A stretch of 64,000 bases of DNA from NCBI GenBank assembly GCA_963711565.1, contig CAVQEQ010000004.1, forward strand, positions 1,312,001-1,376,000, written 5' to 3'. Shown piece by piece: positions 20,251-29,995 of the stretch. The DNA comes from an uncultured delta proteobacterium. GTDB taxonomy: Bacteria > Desulfobacterota > Binatia > Binatales > Binataceae. The translations under genes and the position numbers were made by a program. Below the pieces are notes generated by a model. That model saw nothing but the letters and a program-made list of their open reading frames with translations, made no database searches and was not told where the DNA came from. Each line of letters starts with the position of its first letter. Positions within the stretch are counted from its first letter, which is position 1.

Positions 20251-20784
20251 TTACATTTTGTATTTGAAATCCTCGGGCGACATCCGCTCGAGGATCTCGG
20301 ACCATTTGTCGCGCGAGACACCGGCGAGGTTTTGATCGGAAGTCTGCTGTTCGCCCTGGGATTCATGGAGCTCGCTGCTCGCTTCGAGCACTTTCTTGGA
20401 AACGTAGATGGGCGACTTGGTGCGCAGCGCCAGCGCGATCGCGTCGCTCGGGCGCGAATCCATTTCGAGCGCCTTGCCGTCGCGCGTCTTCAACTGAATT
20501 CGCGCGAAGTAGGTATTCTCGCGCAGCTCGGTAATCTCGGCGGACTCGACCGTCGCGCCGAACTCGACCAGCAGATTGCGCAGCAGGTCATGCGTCATCG
20601 GGCGTTGCGGCTTGGCGCCTTCGAGCTCGATCGCCATCGCGTTCGCCTCGAGCGGGCCGATCCAGATGTGCAGGTTGAGCTTGTTGTCGGGATCCTTGAG
20701 GACGACGATCGGCATCTTGGTGGACGGATCGAGAATGAGCCCGCCTACAATCATCAAAATGAAGTCTTCCCTGTGACCGGCCAT
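20251..20784 (-). CDS. Bifunctional nuclease (DUF151/BFN) family protein
   Basis: IWIGPLEANAM, RPMTHDLL, DSRPSDAIALALR, FKYKM C-terminus. Confidence 0.9.
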   Translation of the reverse strand: MAGHREDFILMIVGGLILDPSTKMPIVVLKDPDNKLNLHIWIGPLEANAMAIELEGAKPQRPMTHDLLRNLLVEFGATVESAEITELRENTYFARIQLKTRDGKALEMDSRPSDAIALALRTKSPIYVSKKVLEASSELHESQGEQQTSDQNLAGVSRDKWSEILERMSPEDFKYKM

Positions 20785-20924
20785 AGCGGGGCTCATCAAC
20801 CTTTTCCCATCAAGCGCGCGCGGTTTCGGGTCGAATTCCCGCGTGGTGCTCGATGAAAATATCTTGGCCCAAAGACGCCACGTGGTCAACCGAACAAGCT
20901 GCGCAGCCGCGAGGATCGAGTCCG

Positions 20925-22337
20925 TCAGCCTGCGACCAAGCGATCGACCACGCGGTAAAGCTGGTTGAGATTGCGGCACTCTTCCACCAGATCGCAGTGC
21001 GGGGCGTAGCGATCCATTTCGCTGTCGCCGAAGCCCCACGTATTGCGGCTTTCAGGATTAAGCCAGATCACTCTTTTGGCGCGCTGGCGGATTTCACGCA
21101 AGCACCAATCGTGCGGGAGGTTGTAATTGTTGCGCGCGTCACCGAGCACGATCACCGTCGTGCGCTTGTTCACCGCGCCCAAATGATCGGTGACGAAGTT
21201 GCGGAACGCGTAGCCAAAATTCGAGTGGGCGTACACGTTGATGATATCGCCCTTGAGCGCGACGTCGAGCGCTTCCTTGGCGTCGTTGTTGCGAAAGCAT
21301 TCGGTCACTTCGCCGATATCGGCGACGAAGATGAAACTGCGCACGCGCGAGTAGAGATCTTGCAACGAGTACACGAACTGGAGCATGAAGCGCGAGGCGT
21401 TGCGCACCGAGTCGGAAACGTCGCACAGAATCACGACCTGCGGCTTTTCTTTCTTCCGCTTCTCGAAGCGGAGCTTGAAAGGCACGCCGCCGTACTCGAG
21501 GTTCTGGCGCAGCGTGCGCTTGATGTCGAAGCGGCCCTTCTTCGAGCGCTTGCGGCGCACGGTGATCACGTTCTTCAGGCGCTGCGCGAGGCGCGTCACC
21601 GCCTCGTTCATCTTCTTCAGCTCTTCCTCGGTCAGGTAATAGAAACTCTTCTCGCCAATCTGGTTGAGTCGCTGATCTTCTTTCTGCTTGATGTCGCGCT
21701 TCTCGCGCTCCATCCGGACGTAGCGGCGGATGATATCGTCGAGCGCCTTGAGCCGCCGCTCGAGGTACTCTTCCATTTTCGCTTTGAGCTCGGAGCCGAT
21801 ATCCATCTTCTCGAGCTGCTCGCGCAGTTCCTTGATCTCGGCTTCGATCTTGTCGAGCCCGAGCTGGCGGGCGAGCGCGCGGGCGAAATAGTTTTCCTCG
21901 ATCGTGCGCTCGATGCCTTGCAGCTTGACAGCGCGCGAGGCCTCGCGAATCTTGCGCTCCATCTCGCCCGAATTGTTCTGCAGTAGTTGCTTCGCAAGCT
22001 CGGAAAGATTCTTGCCCTCTTTCTTGAGCATCTTCTCGACTTCGTCCAAGAACTTCTGGAATTCCTGATCGGACATCGAGAGCGCGTTCTGCACGGCCTG
22101 GCTCGCCTGCTTGATGATCTCGCCGAGGCCGGAGAAATAGATATCGAACAGCTCTTCGAACACCGGTAATTCGCTGGACCGCTTCACCATCGTGGCCCGC
22201 AGCGCGGCACGGAACGCGTCGCGCTCGTTCAGCCCGGTGACTTCGGAAGCGCTGAATGCGTCGAGCGTTTCCGCCAGCGAGACACGCACGCCGTTCTCGC
22301 GCAGCAGATTTGCAAATTCGACCAGCTTTTCTTGCAT
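20925..22337 (-). CDS. VWA-domain CoxE-like protein
   Basis: ILCDVSDSV MIDAS motif, VLGDARNN, WLNPE. Confidence 0.88.
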   Translation of the reverse strand: MQEKLVEFANLLRENGVRVSLAETLDAFSASEVTGLNERDAFRAALRATMVKRSSELPVFEELFDIYFSGLGEIIKQASQAVQNALSMSDQEFQKFLDEVEKMLKKEGKNLSELAKQLLQNNSGEMERKIREASRAVKLQGIERTIEENYFARALARQLGLDKIEAEIKELREQLEKMDIGSELKAKMEEYLERRLKALDDIIRRYVRMEREKRDIKQKEDQRLNQIGEKSFYYLTEEELKKMNEAVTRLAQRLKNVITVRRKRSKKGRFDIKRTLRQNLEYGGVPFKLRFEKRKKEKPQVVILCDVSDSVRNASRFMLQFVYSLQDLYSRVRSFIFVADIGEVTECFRNNDAKEALDVALKGDIINVYAHSNFGYAFRNFVTDHLGAVNKRTTVIVLGDARNNYNLPHDWCLREIRQRAKRVIWLNPESRNTWGFGDSEMDRYAPHCDLVEECRNLNQLYRVVDRLVAG

Positions 22338-22365
22338 GGTGAGGTGGTGCCCTACCCTACTTCGA

Positions 22366-23328
22366 TCAGTTCAAAAGATCCTTGTCGCTGCCAGCTTCGG
22401 TGCCGCGACGCGCGCGCACGCGGCGCACGTAGTCTTTCAGCTCTTCCTGCGCCTTGCGCACGTCACCCTCGTACTTGACGATCGTGTCGAGCGTCTCGGT
22501 GACGAGTTCCTGGTCGAGGCTGTTCACGTTGAGCAGCGTCAGCGCCTTGACCCAATCGAGCGTCTCGCTGATGCCCGGAGTCTTTTTGAGATCGAGCTTG
22601 CGCAGCGACTGCACGACGGTGACGACTTCCTCGGCGAGCTTGTTCGCGGCTTCAGGCACTTTGAGCTTGACGATCGCGAGTTCCTGCGCGCGATCGGGAA
22701 AGTCGATGTACAGATGCAGGCATCGACGCTTCAGCGCGTCGGACATTTCGCGTGCGTTGTTCGAGGTCAGCACGACCAGCGGGATGTGCTTGGCCTTGAG
22801 CGTGCCGAGCTCGGGCACGGTCACTTGGAAATCGGAAAGGAGCTCGAGCAGGAAGGCTTCGAACTCGGCGTCGGCCTTGTCGATCTCGTCGATCAGCAGG
22901 ACCGACGGCTGCTCGCTGGAGATTGCTTTGAGCAGCGGGCGCGGGAGCACGAAGCGCTCGGAGAAGAATACTTCGTCCTGCGCGGCGATTCGATCGACCG
23001 CCTCGGTCAGGCCCTTGGCGCCGACGAGCACCTCGCTGATTTTGTCCTTGAGGATTTGCGTGTAGAGGAGCTGCTTGGCGTACTCCCATTCGTAGAGCGC
23101 CTTGCCCTCGTCGAGGCCCTCGTAGCACTGGAGGCGGATCATGTCGAAGCCAAGGGACGCGGCGAGCACCTTGGCGAGGTCGGTTTTGCCGACGCCGGCG
23201 GGACCTTCGACCAGGATGGGCTTGCGCATTTCACTCGCCAGGTAGATGACGGTCGCGATTCGCCGGCTGGCGATATAATTGTTCTTGGCGAATCGCTCGA
23301 TTACGTCGTCGATCGATGAAAACATCAA
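22366..23328 (-). CDS. MoxR/CoxD-like AAA+ ATPase
   Basis: GPAGVGKT, RLQCYEGLDE, LLIDEIDKAD, SDALKRRC. Confidence 0.92.
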   Translation of the reverse strand: MMFSSIDDVIERFAKNNYIASRRIATVIYLASEMRKPILVEGPAGVGKTDLAKVLAASLGFDMIRLQCYEGLDEGKALYEWEYAKQLLYTQILKDKISEVLVGAKGLTEAVDRIAAQDEVFFSERFVLPRPLLKAISSEQPSVLLIDEIDKADAEFEAFLLELLSDFQVTVPELGTLKAKHIPLVVLTSNNAREMSDALKRRCLHLYIDFPDRAQELAIVKLKVPEAANKLAEEVVTVVQSLRKLDLKKTPGISETLDWVKALTLLNVNSLDQELVTETLDTIVKYEGDVRKAQEELKDYVRRVRARRGTEAGSDKDLLN

Positions 23329-23443
23329 TCCTCCTCGACAGCGGAAGCTGAAGGGGCAAGCCCCGCGCGGATTAGATTAAATATCACGCCGAGTTAAGGC
23401 GAGGAAACCCAGCAGGGGTGGCAGAACGCCGGGCGCAGAATTT

Positions 23444-23504
23444 AATGTGAAACCCAACGTGGGTTTCACGCTTCCCCGGCAGGGGTGACCCCTGCACCCG
23501 GTGT
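23444..23504 (+). repeat. Repeat family A, copy 1 (double hairpin)
   Basis: GTGAAACCC-aacgt-GGGTTTCAC gcttccccg GCAGGGG-tga-CCCCTGC acccggtgt. Confidence 0.85.
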
Positions 23505-23563
23505 CAAAAGATGCGGGACTTCGTCCCTGTTAGAATTTTTTGGGTGTGTGGATCATCCGCGGC

Positions 23564-24782
23564 TCAAATGTGCAGTTCCTCCCAGACTTGCTCGTTGCGA
23601 GCGAAGCGGTCGCGCGATAGTGCCGAGGCGTCGAAGGCGCTGTATTTGCCGTTCGCGATCAGATCGGCTAGGGCCTGGCCGGCGCCGTAGGACTGCATCA
23701 CGCCGCGGCCGCTGAATGAGTGCCCTTCGTACACGTGGGGCGCGGCGCGGCCGACGATTGCGCTGCGGTCGGGGCTGACTTCGTACAAGCCGGCCCATCC
23801 GGTGATGTGGCGCAGGCGTTCCATAGAGGTCATGCGCGCGAACATCCGCGGCCAGATCTCGTTCAGGAAGAACGGCTCGCCGTCGTAGTTGAAATGATAA
23901 CCCGGTGGCTCGTCGGGCGGCGAGTATCCGGCGAGGATGTGTGCGCCCTCGTGGTGGAAGTACACGCCCGAGGTGTCGACGATCATGCCGTAGTTCGCGA
24001 GGTTGGTGACGCGATTATCGACGATACAGACCTGGCGGCGAATCGGCTGCGTCCAGTTGCGGAGGTTGAGCAGCTTCATCGCGGCCGGCGACCATGCTCC
24101 GCCGGCGACTGACGATCGAGTCGGCGACAAGCTCGAACACGCGGCCGGTCTCGGCTTCGCCGGAGCCGTCTTGGGTCATCATGCGGACGAGGCCTTCGTC
24201 AGTGTGAGGCTCGTCGGACTGCCAGCATTGGAGGCGCACTTCCGATGCGCCGGCGTCGAGCGCGACGACGTAGGTGCGATCGAGAAACTGCGCGCCGAGT
24301 TTCAGCGCGCGGGCGCGATAATGCTCCTTGAGCAGGTTCGGGTTGATGAGGCCGTCGGCGGGCGAGAACGTGGCGCCGGCGATGCCGTCGAGCTTGTCGA
24401 TCTCGGGCACACGGCGATTGACCTCGGCGGGGGTGAGCGCCTCGATCGGATGGCCGAGCTCGCGCTGGAGCGGGATATGCTCGACGGCTTGCGCGAACGT
24501 GGCGTCGTCGTACAGCCAGAGGTAGCCTTGCTGGCGGAAGCCGACCTCGTCGCGCACGCGCTGGCAGTATTCGATCGACGCGCGGCACAGCGCGATATTG
24601 ACGCGCTGCCACCATGTGGCGCGCATTCCGCCCGCGTTCTTCTCGCTGGAGCTGAGGCGTCCGCTGAGATCGATGTCGACGGCGAGCGGTTTGAGACCGC
24701 GCTCAGCTAGGCCCATCGCGACCGAACTGCCGACGATGCCCGCACCGATCACGATCACATCGAATCGCTCACCAGCAATCAC
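23564..24782 (-). pseudogene. FAD-dependent oxidoreductase (DAO/sarcosine oxidase beta-like), frameshifted near 24110
   Basis: VIGAGIVG, SEKNAGG in one frame; VAGGAWS, WAGLYEVSPD, FSGRGVM in another; one extra base at about 24107-24110. Confidence 0.8.
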
Positions 24783-24829
24783 ATGACGACACTAGCAAAG
24801 TCGTTTCGTTGATGGATGCGTAATCGTAC

Positions 24830-24886
24830 GTGAAACCCACCGTGGGTTTCACACTTCCTTGGGCAGGGGTGACCCCTGCACCCAGT
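24830..24886 (+). repeat. Repeat family A, copy 2
   Basis: GTGAAACCC-accgt-GGGTTTCAC acttccttgg GCAGGGG-tga-CCCCTGC acccagt. Confidence 0.85.
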
Positions 24887-24986
24887 AATAAGGAAGCGGC
24901 GACCAGACGCTAACTCAGGCTTGGATCCCCGCGCGGGGCTTTGGCAGAGCGTGGTCTCTTATTTCGGATGGACCGTTGAATGATGG

Positions 24987-25271
24987 CTAGAACTGTTCCG
25001 GCCACTTTCTGGCCGCGTGGAAGACGCGCAGAATTTCGACGGTCTCGCCGCGCACGCGGTATGGAACGATGTACGCTGTGCCGCTCACGACTAGCTCGCG
25101 AGTGCCGGGAACTCGTCCGATACGGCCCGAGGCTGGATGGGTGGCGAGCCGATCGACGGCGATCGCGATACGTCGCACTGTTCGAGCGGCGGCATTCGGG
25201 TCGTCGCCTGCGATGTACTCGGCTTCGTGGTCGAGATTGGTTAGCGCGGCCCTAAGCCATCTTACGTGCAC
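24987..25271 (-). CDS. RelE/ParE-family type II toxin
   Basis: VRWLRAALTNL, GRIGRVPGTRELV, YRVRGETVEILRVFH. Confidence 0.9.
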   Translation of the reverse strand: MHVRWLRAALTNLDHEAEYIAGDDPNAAARTVRRIAIAVDRLATHPASGRIGRVPGTRELVVSGTAYIVPYRVRGETVEILRVFHAARKWPEQF

Positions 25272-25503
25272 GGCGCCGCCACTTTCCGATCACGGCCTGG
25301 ACTTCTTTTTCACTCGCGAAGTCACCGGCCTCAGCTTCCGTGATTGCGGCTTTGATCTCTGTGATTTGCCATTCGTTCAAATCGACGTAGGCGCGGATTG
25401 CTTCGGCGGCGACGTAGGACTTGGTGCGTTCCATCGCCTTGGCCAGTTTATCGAGGCGGCTTTTCGTTTTGCGATCCACACGGATCGTCATGATTTCGGA
25501 CAT
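25252..25503 (-). CDS. Ribbon-helix-helix (CopG-like) antitoxin
   Basis: MTIRVD...RLDKLAKAMERTKSYVAAEAIRAYVDLNEWQ; overlaps the toxin start. Confidence 0.9.
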   Translation of the reverse strand: MSEIMTIRVDRKTKSRLDKLAKAMERTKSYVAAEAIRAYVDLNEWQITEIKAAITEAEAGDFASEKEVQAVIGKWRRRARKMA

Positions 25504-25538
25504 GATTGTATTGTGGTGTACACATTGCCATACCGCAA
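25504..25538 (-). promoter_or_regulatory. Candidate sigma70 promoter/operator of the TA operon (probably leaderless)
   Basis: TTGCGG-17 bp-CACAAT-6 bp-ATG on the minus strand; TGTA...TACA inverted half-sites overlap the -10. Confidence 0.45.
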
Positions 25539-25550
25539 GCGGTCCCGGCC

Positions 25551-25585
25551 AACCTAACCCTAGCCCCTTCCCTCGAGGGAAGGGG
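25551..25585 (+). repeat. Repeat family B, copy 1
   Basis: AACCTAACCCTAG CCCCTTCCC-tcga-GGGAAGGGG. Confidence 0.8.
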
Positions 25586-25644
25586 CCCGGTCGTTGATGA
25601 AAGGGGCTTGTGCGGATGCCTGTTTGGCTGCCAATTTTAGTTCG

Positions 25645-26415
25645 ATGTGTACGCTGGCGATTTATTTTCGCGCTACGCGCGACGGTCCGGTGGTGATTGC
25701 GGCTAATCGCGATGAGTTCCTGGAGCGGGCGGCAGCGGACCCTATTACCCTACTCGAGCGGCCGCATATCGTTGGCGGCAAGGACCTCAGGGCGGGCGGG
25801 ACCTGGCTTGGAATCAGCGAGCACGGGATCGTCGCGGGGCTGCTGAATCGGCGCGCTGAGAACGGCGGCAATCCCGATGCGCGATCGCGGGGGCTTCTGT
25901 GCCTCGATGCTTTGCGATGCCGCACGGCGCGCGAGGCGGCGGAATTTGCGGCGCGCGAGCGCGGGTCGGATTACAATCCGTTCAATTTGTTGATGGTGTC
26001 GCGGACTGAAGCCTTCGTCGCTTACAATCGCGGCGCTGCGATCGAAGTCGTCGAACTCAAGCCGGGGCTGCATCTGCTGTCCAATCTCGACGTGGATGAC
26101 TTCGAGTGTCCGAAGATTAGCGCGTCGTATGGAAAGTTTGCGGAGCTTGGGAACCGCGCGGATTTCCAACGCGACCCGATCGGACAGCGCGCCGCGCTGG
26201 GGGCGTTGCTGGCCGATCACAATACGCAGCTCGATTCGCGATCGGGACGGCCTAATGCGTTGTGTCTGCATCTCGAAAATTATGGGACGCGATCGTCGAG
26301 CTTGATCTTTATGCGCGATACTCATGAGATCGCACATTACTTTGCGCCGGGGCCGCCGTGCCGTACCGCGTATGCGTCGGCGATTGTGCCGCGTACGCAG
26401 GAACCTAACCCCTAA
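25645..26415 (+). CDS. NRDE/TANGO2 family protein (Ntn-hydrolase-like)
   Basis: MC N-terminus, AANRDEF, GGTWLG, RSRG, YGTRSS. Confidence 0.92.
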   Translation: MCTLAIYFRATRDGPVVIAANRDEFLERAAADPITLLERPHIVGGKDLRAGGTWLGISEHGIVAGLLNRRAENGGNPDARSRGLLCLDALRCRTAREAAEFAARERGSDYNPFNLLMVSRTEAFVAYNRGAAIEVVELKPGLHLLSNLDVDDFECPKISASYGKFAELGNRADFQRDPIGQRAALGALLADHNTQLDSRSGRPNALCLHLENYGTRSSSLIFMRDTHEIAHYFAPGPPCRTAYASAIVPRTQEPNP

Positions 26416-26441
26416 CCCCTTCCCGCGCGGGAAGGGGGACC
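26401..26441 (+). repeat. Repeat family B, copy 2 (supplies the NRDE stop codon)
   Basis: GAACCTAACCCCTAA CCCCTTCCC-gcgc-GGGAAGGGGG ACC. Confidence 0.8.
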
Positions 26442-26454
26442 AAATGATAAGGCA

Positions 26455-26640
26455 CTAAGGACCGAAATAGGCGGCGATGCCGGTGAGGATGAAACAGGCG
26501 ATGGCGATTGAGGCGGCGGCCAGGAAGATCGAAGCGAGGAACGGAGGCTCGATCACGAAAAACAGGATAAAGCCCGCGACAATCGCAACGACGCTCGCGA
26601 TTATCGCGAAGACCATGCTCACCGTGCGCAGTTGCGCCAT
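26455..26640 (-). CDS. Small two-TM membrane protein, 61 aa
   Basis: MAQLRTVSMVFAIIASVVAIVAGFILFFV...; GGAG RBS upstream. Confidence 0.6.
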   Translation of the reverse strand: MAQLRTVSMVFAIIASVVAIVAGFILFFVIEPPFLASIFLAAASIAIACFILTGIAAYFGP

Positions 26641-26742
26641 CGCGGATCTCCAAATCGTCTTGACGCCGAGGCGCAACCGAGTATACGCCGTGGGTTTATC
26701 GTGCAGGTCGCCGTTGCGTGACCGCTTGGGGGTTTTGATTTG

Positions 26743-27804
26743 ATGCGCATTAGCCGAACGCCGATTGCATCTCTGATTGTCGCGATTGCGGTCGCTGTTG
26801 CAACCGCGGCTTCGGTGCGCGCGCAACTGGGTGAGTCGGGGCTCAATTGGCAGCAACGCTTTCTCGGCATAATTCCCCTGGTCAAGCCCGATCCGAAAGA
26901 TCCGGTGCTGGTGACGGTCAACGGCGCGCCGATTACGGCGGCGGAAATCACGGACTACGCGAAGACCGAGGCGCAGATGATCAACGCGACCACAACGGAG
27001 GAATCCAAGGCGGTCTTTCGCGATGCGAGTGAAAATCTAATCAACCGCCAGCTCCTGCTCCAGGAGGCGGCCAAACGCAAGATTGCGATTCCTGACGGCG
27101 AAGTGGCGCAGCGCGCGCGCGAGTTCCAGATTGCCGGTGCGGAGGGCCAAGCGGCTCCCCAGACCGGTGCGCCGGACGCGCAGTTGATGAACGCGGTGCG
27201 CGGCTCGATGGAAATCGAGAAGATGCTCGACGACGAATTCCGGGCGCATCACGTGCAGCCGACTGACGCGCAGATTCAGCAATACTACGACGAGCATCGC
27301 GATCTGTTCGTGAAGGATCCCGGCGAAGTGGAAATCGCGCATATCGCGGTGAAGCTGCCGCCGAACGCGACCGACGCGCAGAAGAAAGCGGCCGCCGAAA
27401 AGATAATCAAGATCTACGACGAGGCGAAGAAGACCAAGGACTTCGCCGCGCTCGCCAAACGGACCTCCGAGGACACCGAATCGGCGGCCAAGGGCGGCGA
27501 CCTCGGCTACTTTCGGCCCGGGCAGTTGCCGCCGGTGGTGGACAAGACGGTATTCGCGACGCCGGTCGGGCAGCTGACGCAAATCGTCGAGTCGAATCTC
27601 GGCTTTAGCTTTATCAAGGTGGTCGCGCGGCGCGGGGAAACGATCTCGCCGTTGCCGGAAGTGAAGGCGAAGATCGCGATGTTCATCCTGGATGAAAATG
27701 AAGACGTGGTGGTGAAGGGGCTGCTCAAGAAGCTCGCGAAGGGGGCGAAGATCGAGTTCAAGACTCCGCCGGGACAGAGCGCGTCGGCTAATACACCTGA
27801 TTGA
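26743..27804 (+). CDS. SurA/PpiC-type peptidyl-prolyl isomerase
   Basis: Signal peptide, VTVNGAPIT, HIAVK, DFAALAKRTSED, KGGDLGYF. Confidence 0.9.
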   Translation: MRISRTPIASLIVAIAVAVATAASVRAQLGESGLNWQQRFLGIIPLVKPDPKDPVLVTVNGAPITAAEITDYAKTEAQMINATTTEESKAVFRDASENLINRQLLLQEAAKRKIAIPDGEVAQRAREFQIAGAEGQAAPQTGAPDAQLMNAVRGSMEIEKMLDDEFRAHHVQPTDAQIQQYYDEHRDLFVKDPGEVEIAHIAVKLPPNATDAQKKAAAEKIIKIYDEAKKTKDFAALAKRTSEDTESAAKGGDLGYFRPGQLPPVVDKTVFATPVGQLTQIVESNLGFSFIKVVARRGETISPLPEVKAKIAMFILDENEDVVVKGLLKKLAKGAKIEFKTPPGQSASANTPD

Positions 27805-27867
27805 ATGTGAAACCCTTCCATGGGTTTCACTCTTCCTTCGGCAGGGCTGAGCCCTGCACCCAGTGTT
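27801..27867 (+). repeat. Repeat family A, copy 3 (compensatory stem change)
   Basis: TTGAAT GTGAAACCC-ttccat-GGGTTTCAC tcttccttcg GCAGGGC-tga-GCCCTGC acccagtgtt. Confidence 0.85.
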
Positions 27868-28597
27868 AAGAAAGTAAGCGGCCGCCTTCGAGGGTCAGTA
27901 TCGAGCCCGTGGCGAAGTCGGTCTCGCAGAAGAAGATTACCGCGCGGGTTACGTCTTCGAGGGTGCCCAATTTTTTCGTCAGGGTGCGAGCTACCAAGCG
28001 ATCCACTTCGTCCTTGGTGTATTTCTCTGGCGGCATCACCATGCCGAGCGCTATGCAGTTTACCTGGACCTCAGGGGCTAGTTCTTTGGCGAGAGCTTTT
28101 GTCAGACCTATCATGCCGCTCTTGGAGACCGAGTATGGCAGGTAGTCCTTGTAGGGACGGATGCCCGCCCAATCGCCGAGGTTGATGATTTTTCCGGCGC
28201 CTTGCCGACGCATCGCGGCGCCCGCGAACTTCGAGAGGAAGAACGGCGCTTTCAGGTTCGTGTCGAGGTTCGCGTCCCAGTCGCGCTCGGTAAGTGTTTC
28301 GAGAGAAGTGCGAGCGAAGACCGAGGCGGAGTTGACGAGAATGTCGATGCGGCCGAAGGCGTCGAGGACTTCGGCGACCATCCTTTCGATTTCGGCGACG
28401 CGCTCGAGGTTGGCGCGGAATGCCTGGGCCTTGCCGCCGTTAGCGGCGACCTTGGTGACGACTGCTTCGGCCTCGGCCCGAGAGTTCCGATAGTGAACTG
28501 CGATTGACGCGCTGCGAGCGGCGAGTTCGAGCGCGATCGCGCGGCCGATGCGGCGGCCGGCGCCGGTGACGAGCGCTACTTTGTTTTTGAGGTCCAT
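27866..28597 (-). CDS. SDR oxidoreductase, pteridine reductase/FolM-like
   Basis: TGAGRRIG, VHYRNS, NSASVF, YSVSK. Confidence 0.85.
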   Translation of the reverse strand: MDLKNKVALVTGAGRRIGRAIALELAARSASIAVHYRNSRAEAEAVVTKVAANGGKAQAFRANLERVAEIERMVAEVLDAFGRIDILVNSASVFARTSLETLTERDWDANLDTNLKAPFFLSKFAGAAMRRQGAGKIINLGDWAGIRPYKDYLPYSVSKSGMIGLTKALAKELAPEVQVNCIALGMVMPPEKYTKDEVDRLVARTLTKKLGTLEDVTRAVIFFCETDFATGSILTLEGGRLLS

Positions 28598-28621
28598 GAT
28601 TGGGGCATCTGCGCGCGCCTC

Positions 28622-28666
28622 GGAACCTAACCCCTAACCCCTTCCCGCGCGGGAAGGGGAACCGGA
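28622..28666 (+). repeat. Repeat family B, copy 3
   Basis: GGAACCTAACCCCTAA CCCCTTCCC-gcgc-GGGAAGGGG AACCGGA. Confidence 0.8.
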
Positions 28667-28668
28667 TT

Positions 28669-29943
28669 TTAGGAAAGCGAGGCGTGGATTGCTTTGACCA
28701 GGGCCAGGTTGTCGGAATGGCCGGTCTTCGCCGCGGTTACGTGCGCGTGCAGCGGGCGGCCTAGCAGGTAGAGGTCGCCGATCAGGTCGAGGACCTTGTG
28801 GCGCGCGAATTCGTCGGGGAACCGGAGCGTCGTGTTCACGACCTTGTCGTCGTCGACCAAAATCGCATTGTCGATGCGGGCGCCGCTGCCGAGGCCCAAC
28901 TGCGCCAGCTTGCGAAACTCCCAGACGAAGCCAAACGTGCGCGCCGGTGCAATTTCGCGCGTATAGGCTTCGGGCGAAGTCAGTTCGAAGTGCAACTGCT
29001 GAATTCCGATCGGTTTCGGGTAGTCGAGCGTGTAGTCGATGATCAGGTGGTCGGCAGGCTCGACCTTGATAAACTCGAGGCCCGCGCCTTCCTCGCCGAC
29101 GATGATCTTGCGCTTGATTCGGATCGGCTCGACCGTCGCGTCCTGCTCGGTGAGTCCCGCCTCGCCAAGCTGCTTGCAGAACTCGAGCGCAGAGCCGTCG
29201 AGTGCGGGGACTTCGTCGTCAGTCTTGATGAGGAGGTTGGTGATTCCAAACGCGTGGAGCGCAGACAGCAGGTGCTCCACCGTGCGGACCGATCGGCCGC
29301 CGCTGGCGAGAGTGGTGTTGTAGCCGGTGTCGGTGACGTTGTCGAAGCGGACGGGGATGGCGGTTTCGTCGGCGAGCGAGGTGAATACGATTCCGAATCC
29401 CGCCGGTGCGGGATGAAGTATGACCCCCGTCTTGAGTCCGGTGTGCAGCCCTTGCCCGCCCATCACGATCGAGCGCGCGACAGTTCTCTGAGGCGTCGCG
29501 CCGGCGCGGATCGCCTTGCGGCCCGCGGCGCGGCCCTCGGCGCTTATGCCGCGCGGGTTGGATGGATCGGGGCCGGCGGAATCACCCTCGAGCGCACGCG
29601 CGATCGACGCGAGCAATCCGCTGACTGAGAACGGCTTCTGGATAAAATCGGCGGCGCCGAGCTTGGTCGCGGCGACCGCGCTCTGGATGTTGGCATGACC
29701 GGAGATCATGATCACCGGCACGCGCGGCTGCTCGGATTTGATCCGGCGCAAAAGCTCGATGCCGTCCATTTCAGGCATCCAGACGTCGAGCAACACGATG
29801 GCCGGGCTCTCGCTCGCGATGATGTCCATCACGCCGGGCGCGTTGCCGGTATCGACGACCCGAAAGCCTTCGTCACCTAAAATTCCACGCAACGACGACC
29901 GAATCCGCTCCTCGTCATCCACCACCAACACGGTCTCATTCAC
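28669..29943 (-). CDS. lpxC: Response-regulator receiver domain fused to UDP-3-O-acyl-N-acetylglucosamine deacetylase
   Basis: REC: VVDDE, LLDVWMP, MISGH, QKPF; LpxC: QRT, GLHTG, TVEHLLSAL, PALDGSA, ARTFGF, RHKVLDLIGDL, GH; single frame, GTG 29943 with GGAG RBS. Confidence 0.93.
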   Translation of the reverse strand: MNETVLVVDDEERIRSSLRGILGDEGFRVVDTGNAPGVMDIIASESPAIVLLDVWMPEMDGIELLRRIKSEQPRVPVIMISGHANIQSAVAATKLGAADFIQKPFSVSGLLASIARALEGDSAGPDPSNPRGISAEGRAAGRKAIRAGATPQRTVARSIVMGGQGLHTGLKTGVILHPAPAGFGIVFTSLADETAIPVRFDNVTDTGYNTTLASGGRSVRTVEHLLSALHAFGITNLLIKTDDEVPALDGSALEFCKQLGEAGLTEQDATVEPIRIKRKIIVGEEGAGLEFIKVEPADHLIIDYTLDYPKPIGIQQLHFELTSPEAYTREIAPARTFGFVWEFRKLAQLGLGSGARIDNAILVDDDKVVNTTLRFPDEFARHKVLDLIGDLYLLGRPLHAHVTAAKTGHSDNLALVKAIHASLS

Positions 29944-29995
29944 GTCAGATTCTCTCCGGGAAGCGCGCTTCGTCGAGGCGCGGTTGAGGGTCGCA

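Noticed and set aside
25551-28666. Repeat B as integron attC sites (begins ACCTAAC, fitting RYYYAAC)
   Set aside because: No matching GTTRRRY end at a suitable distance, no integron integrase in the window, and mixed gene orientations
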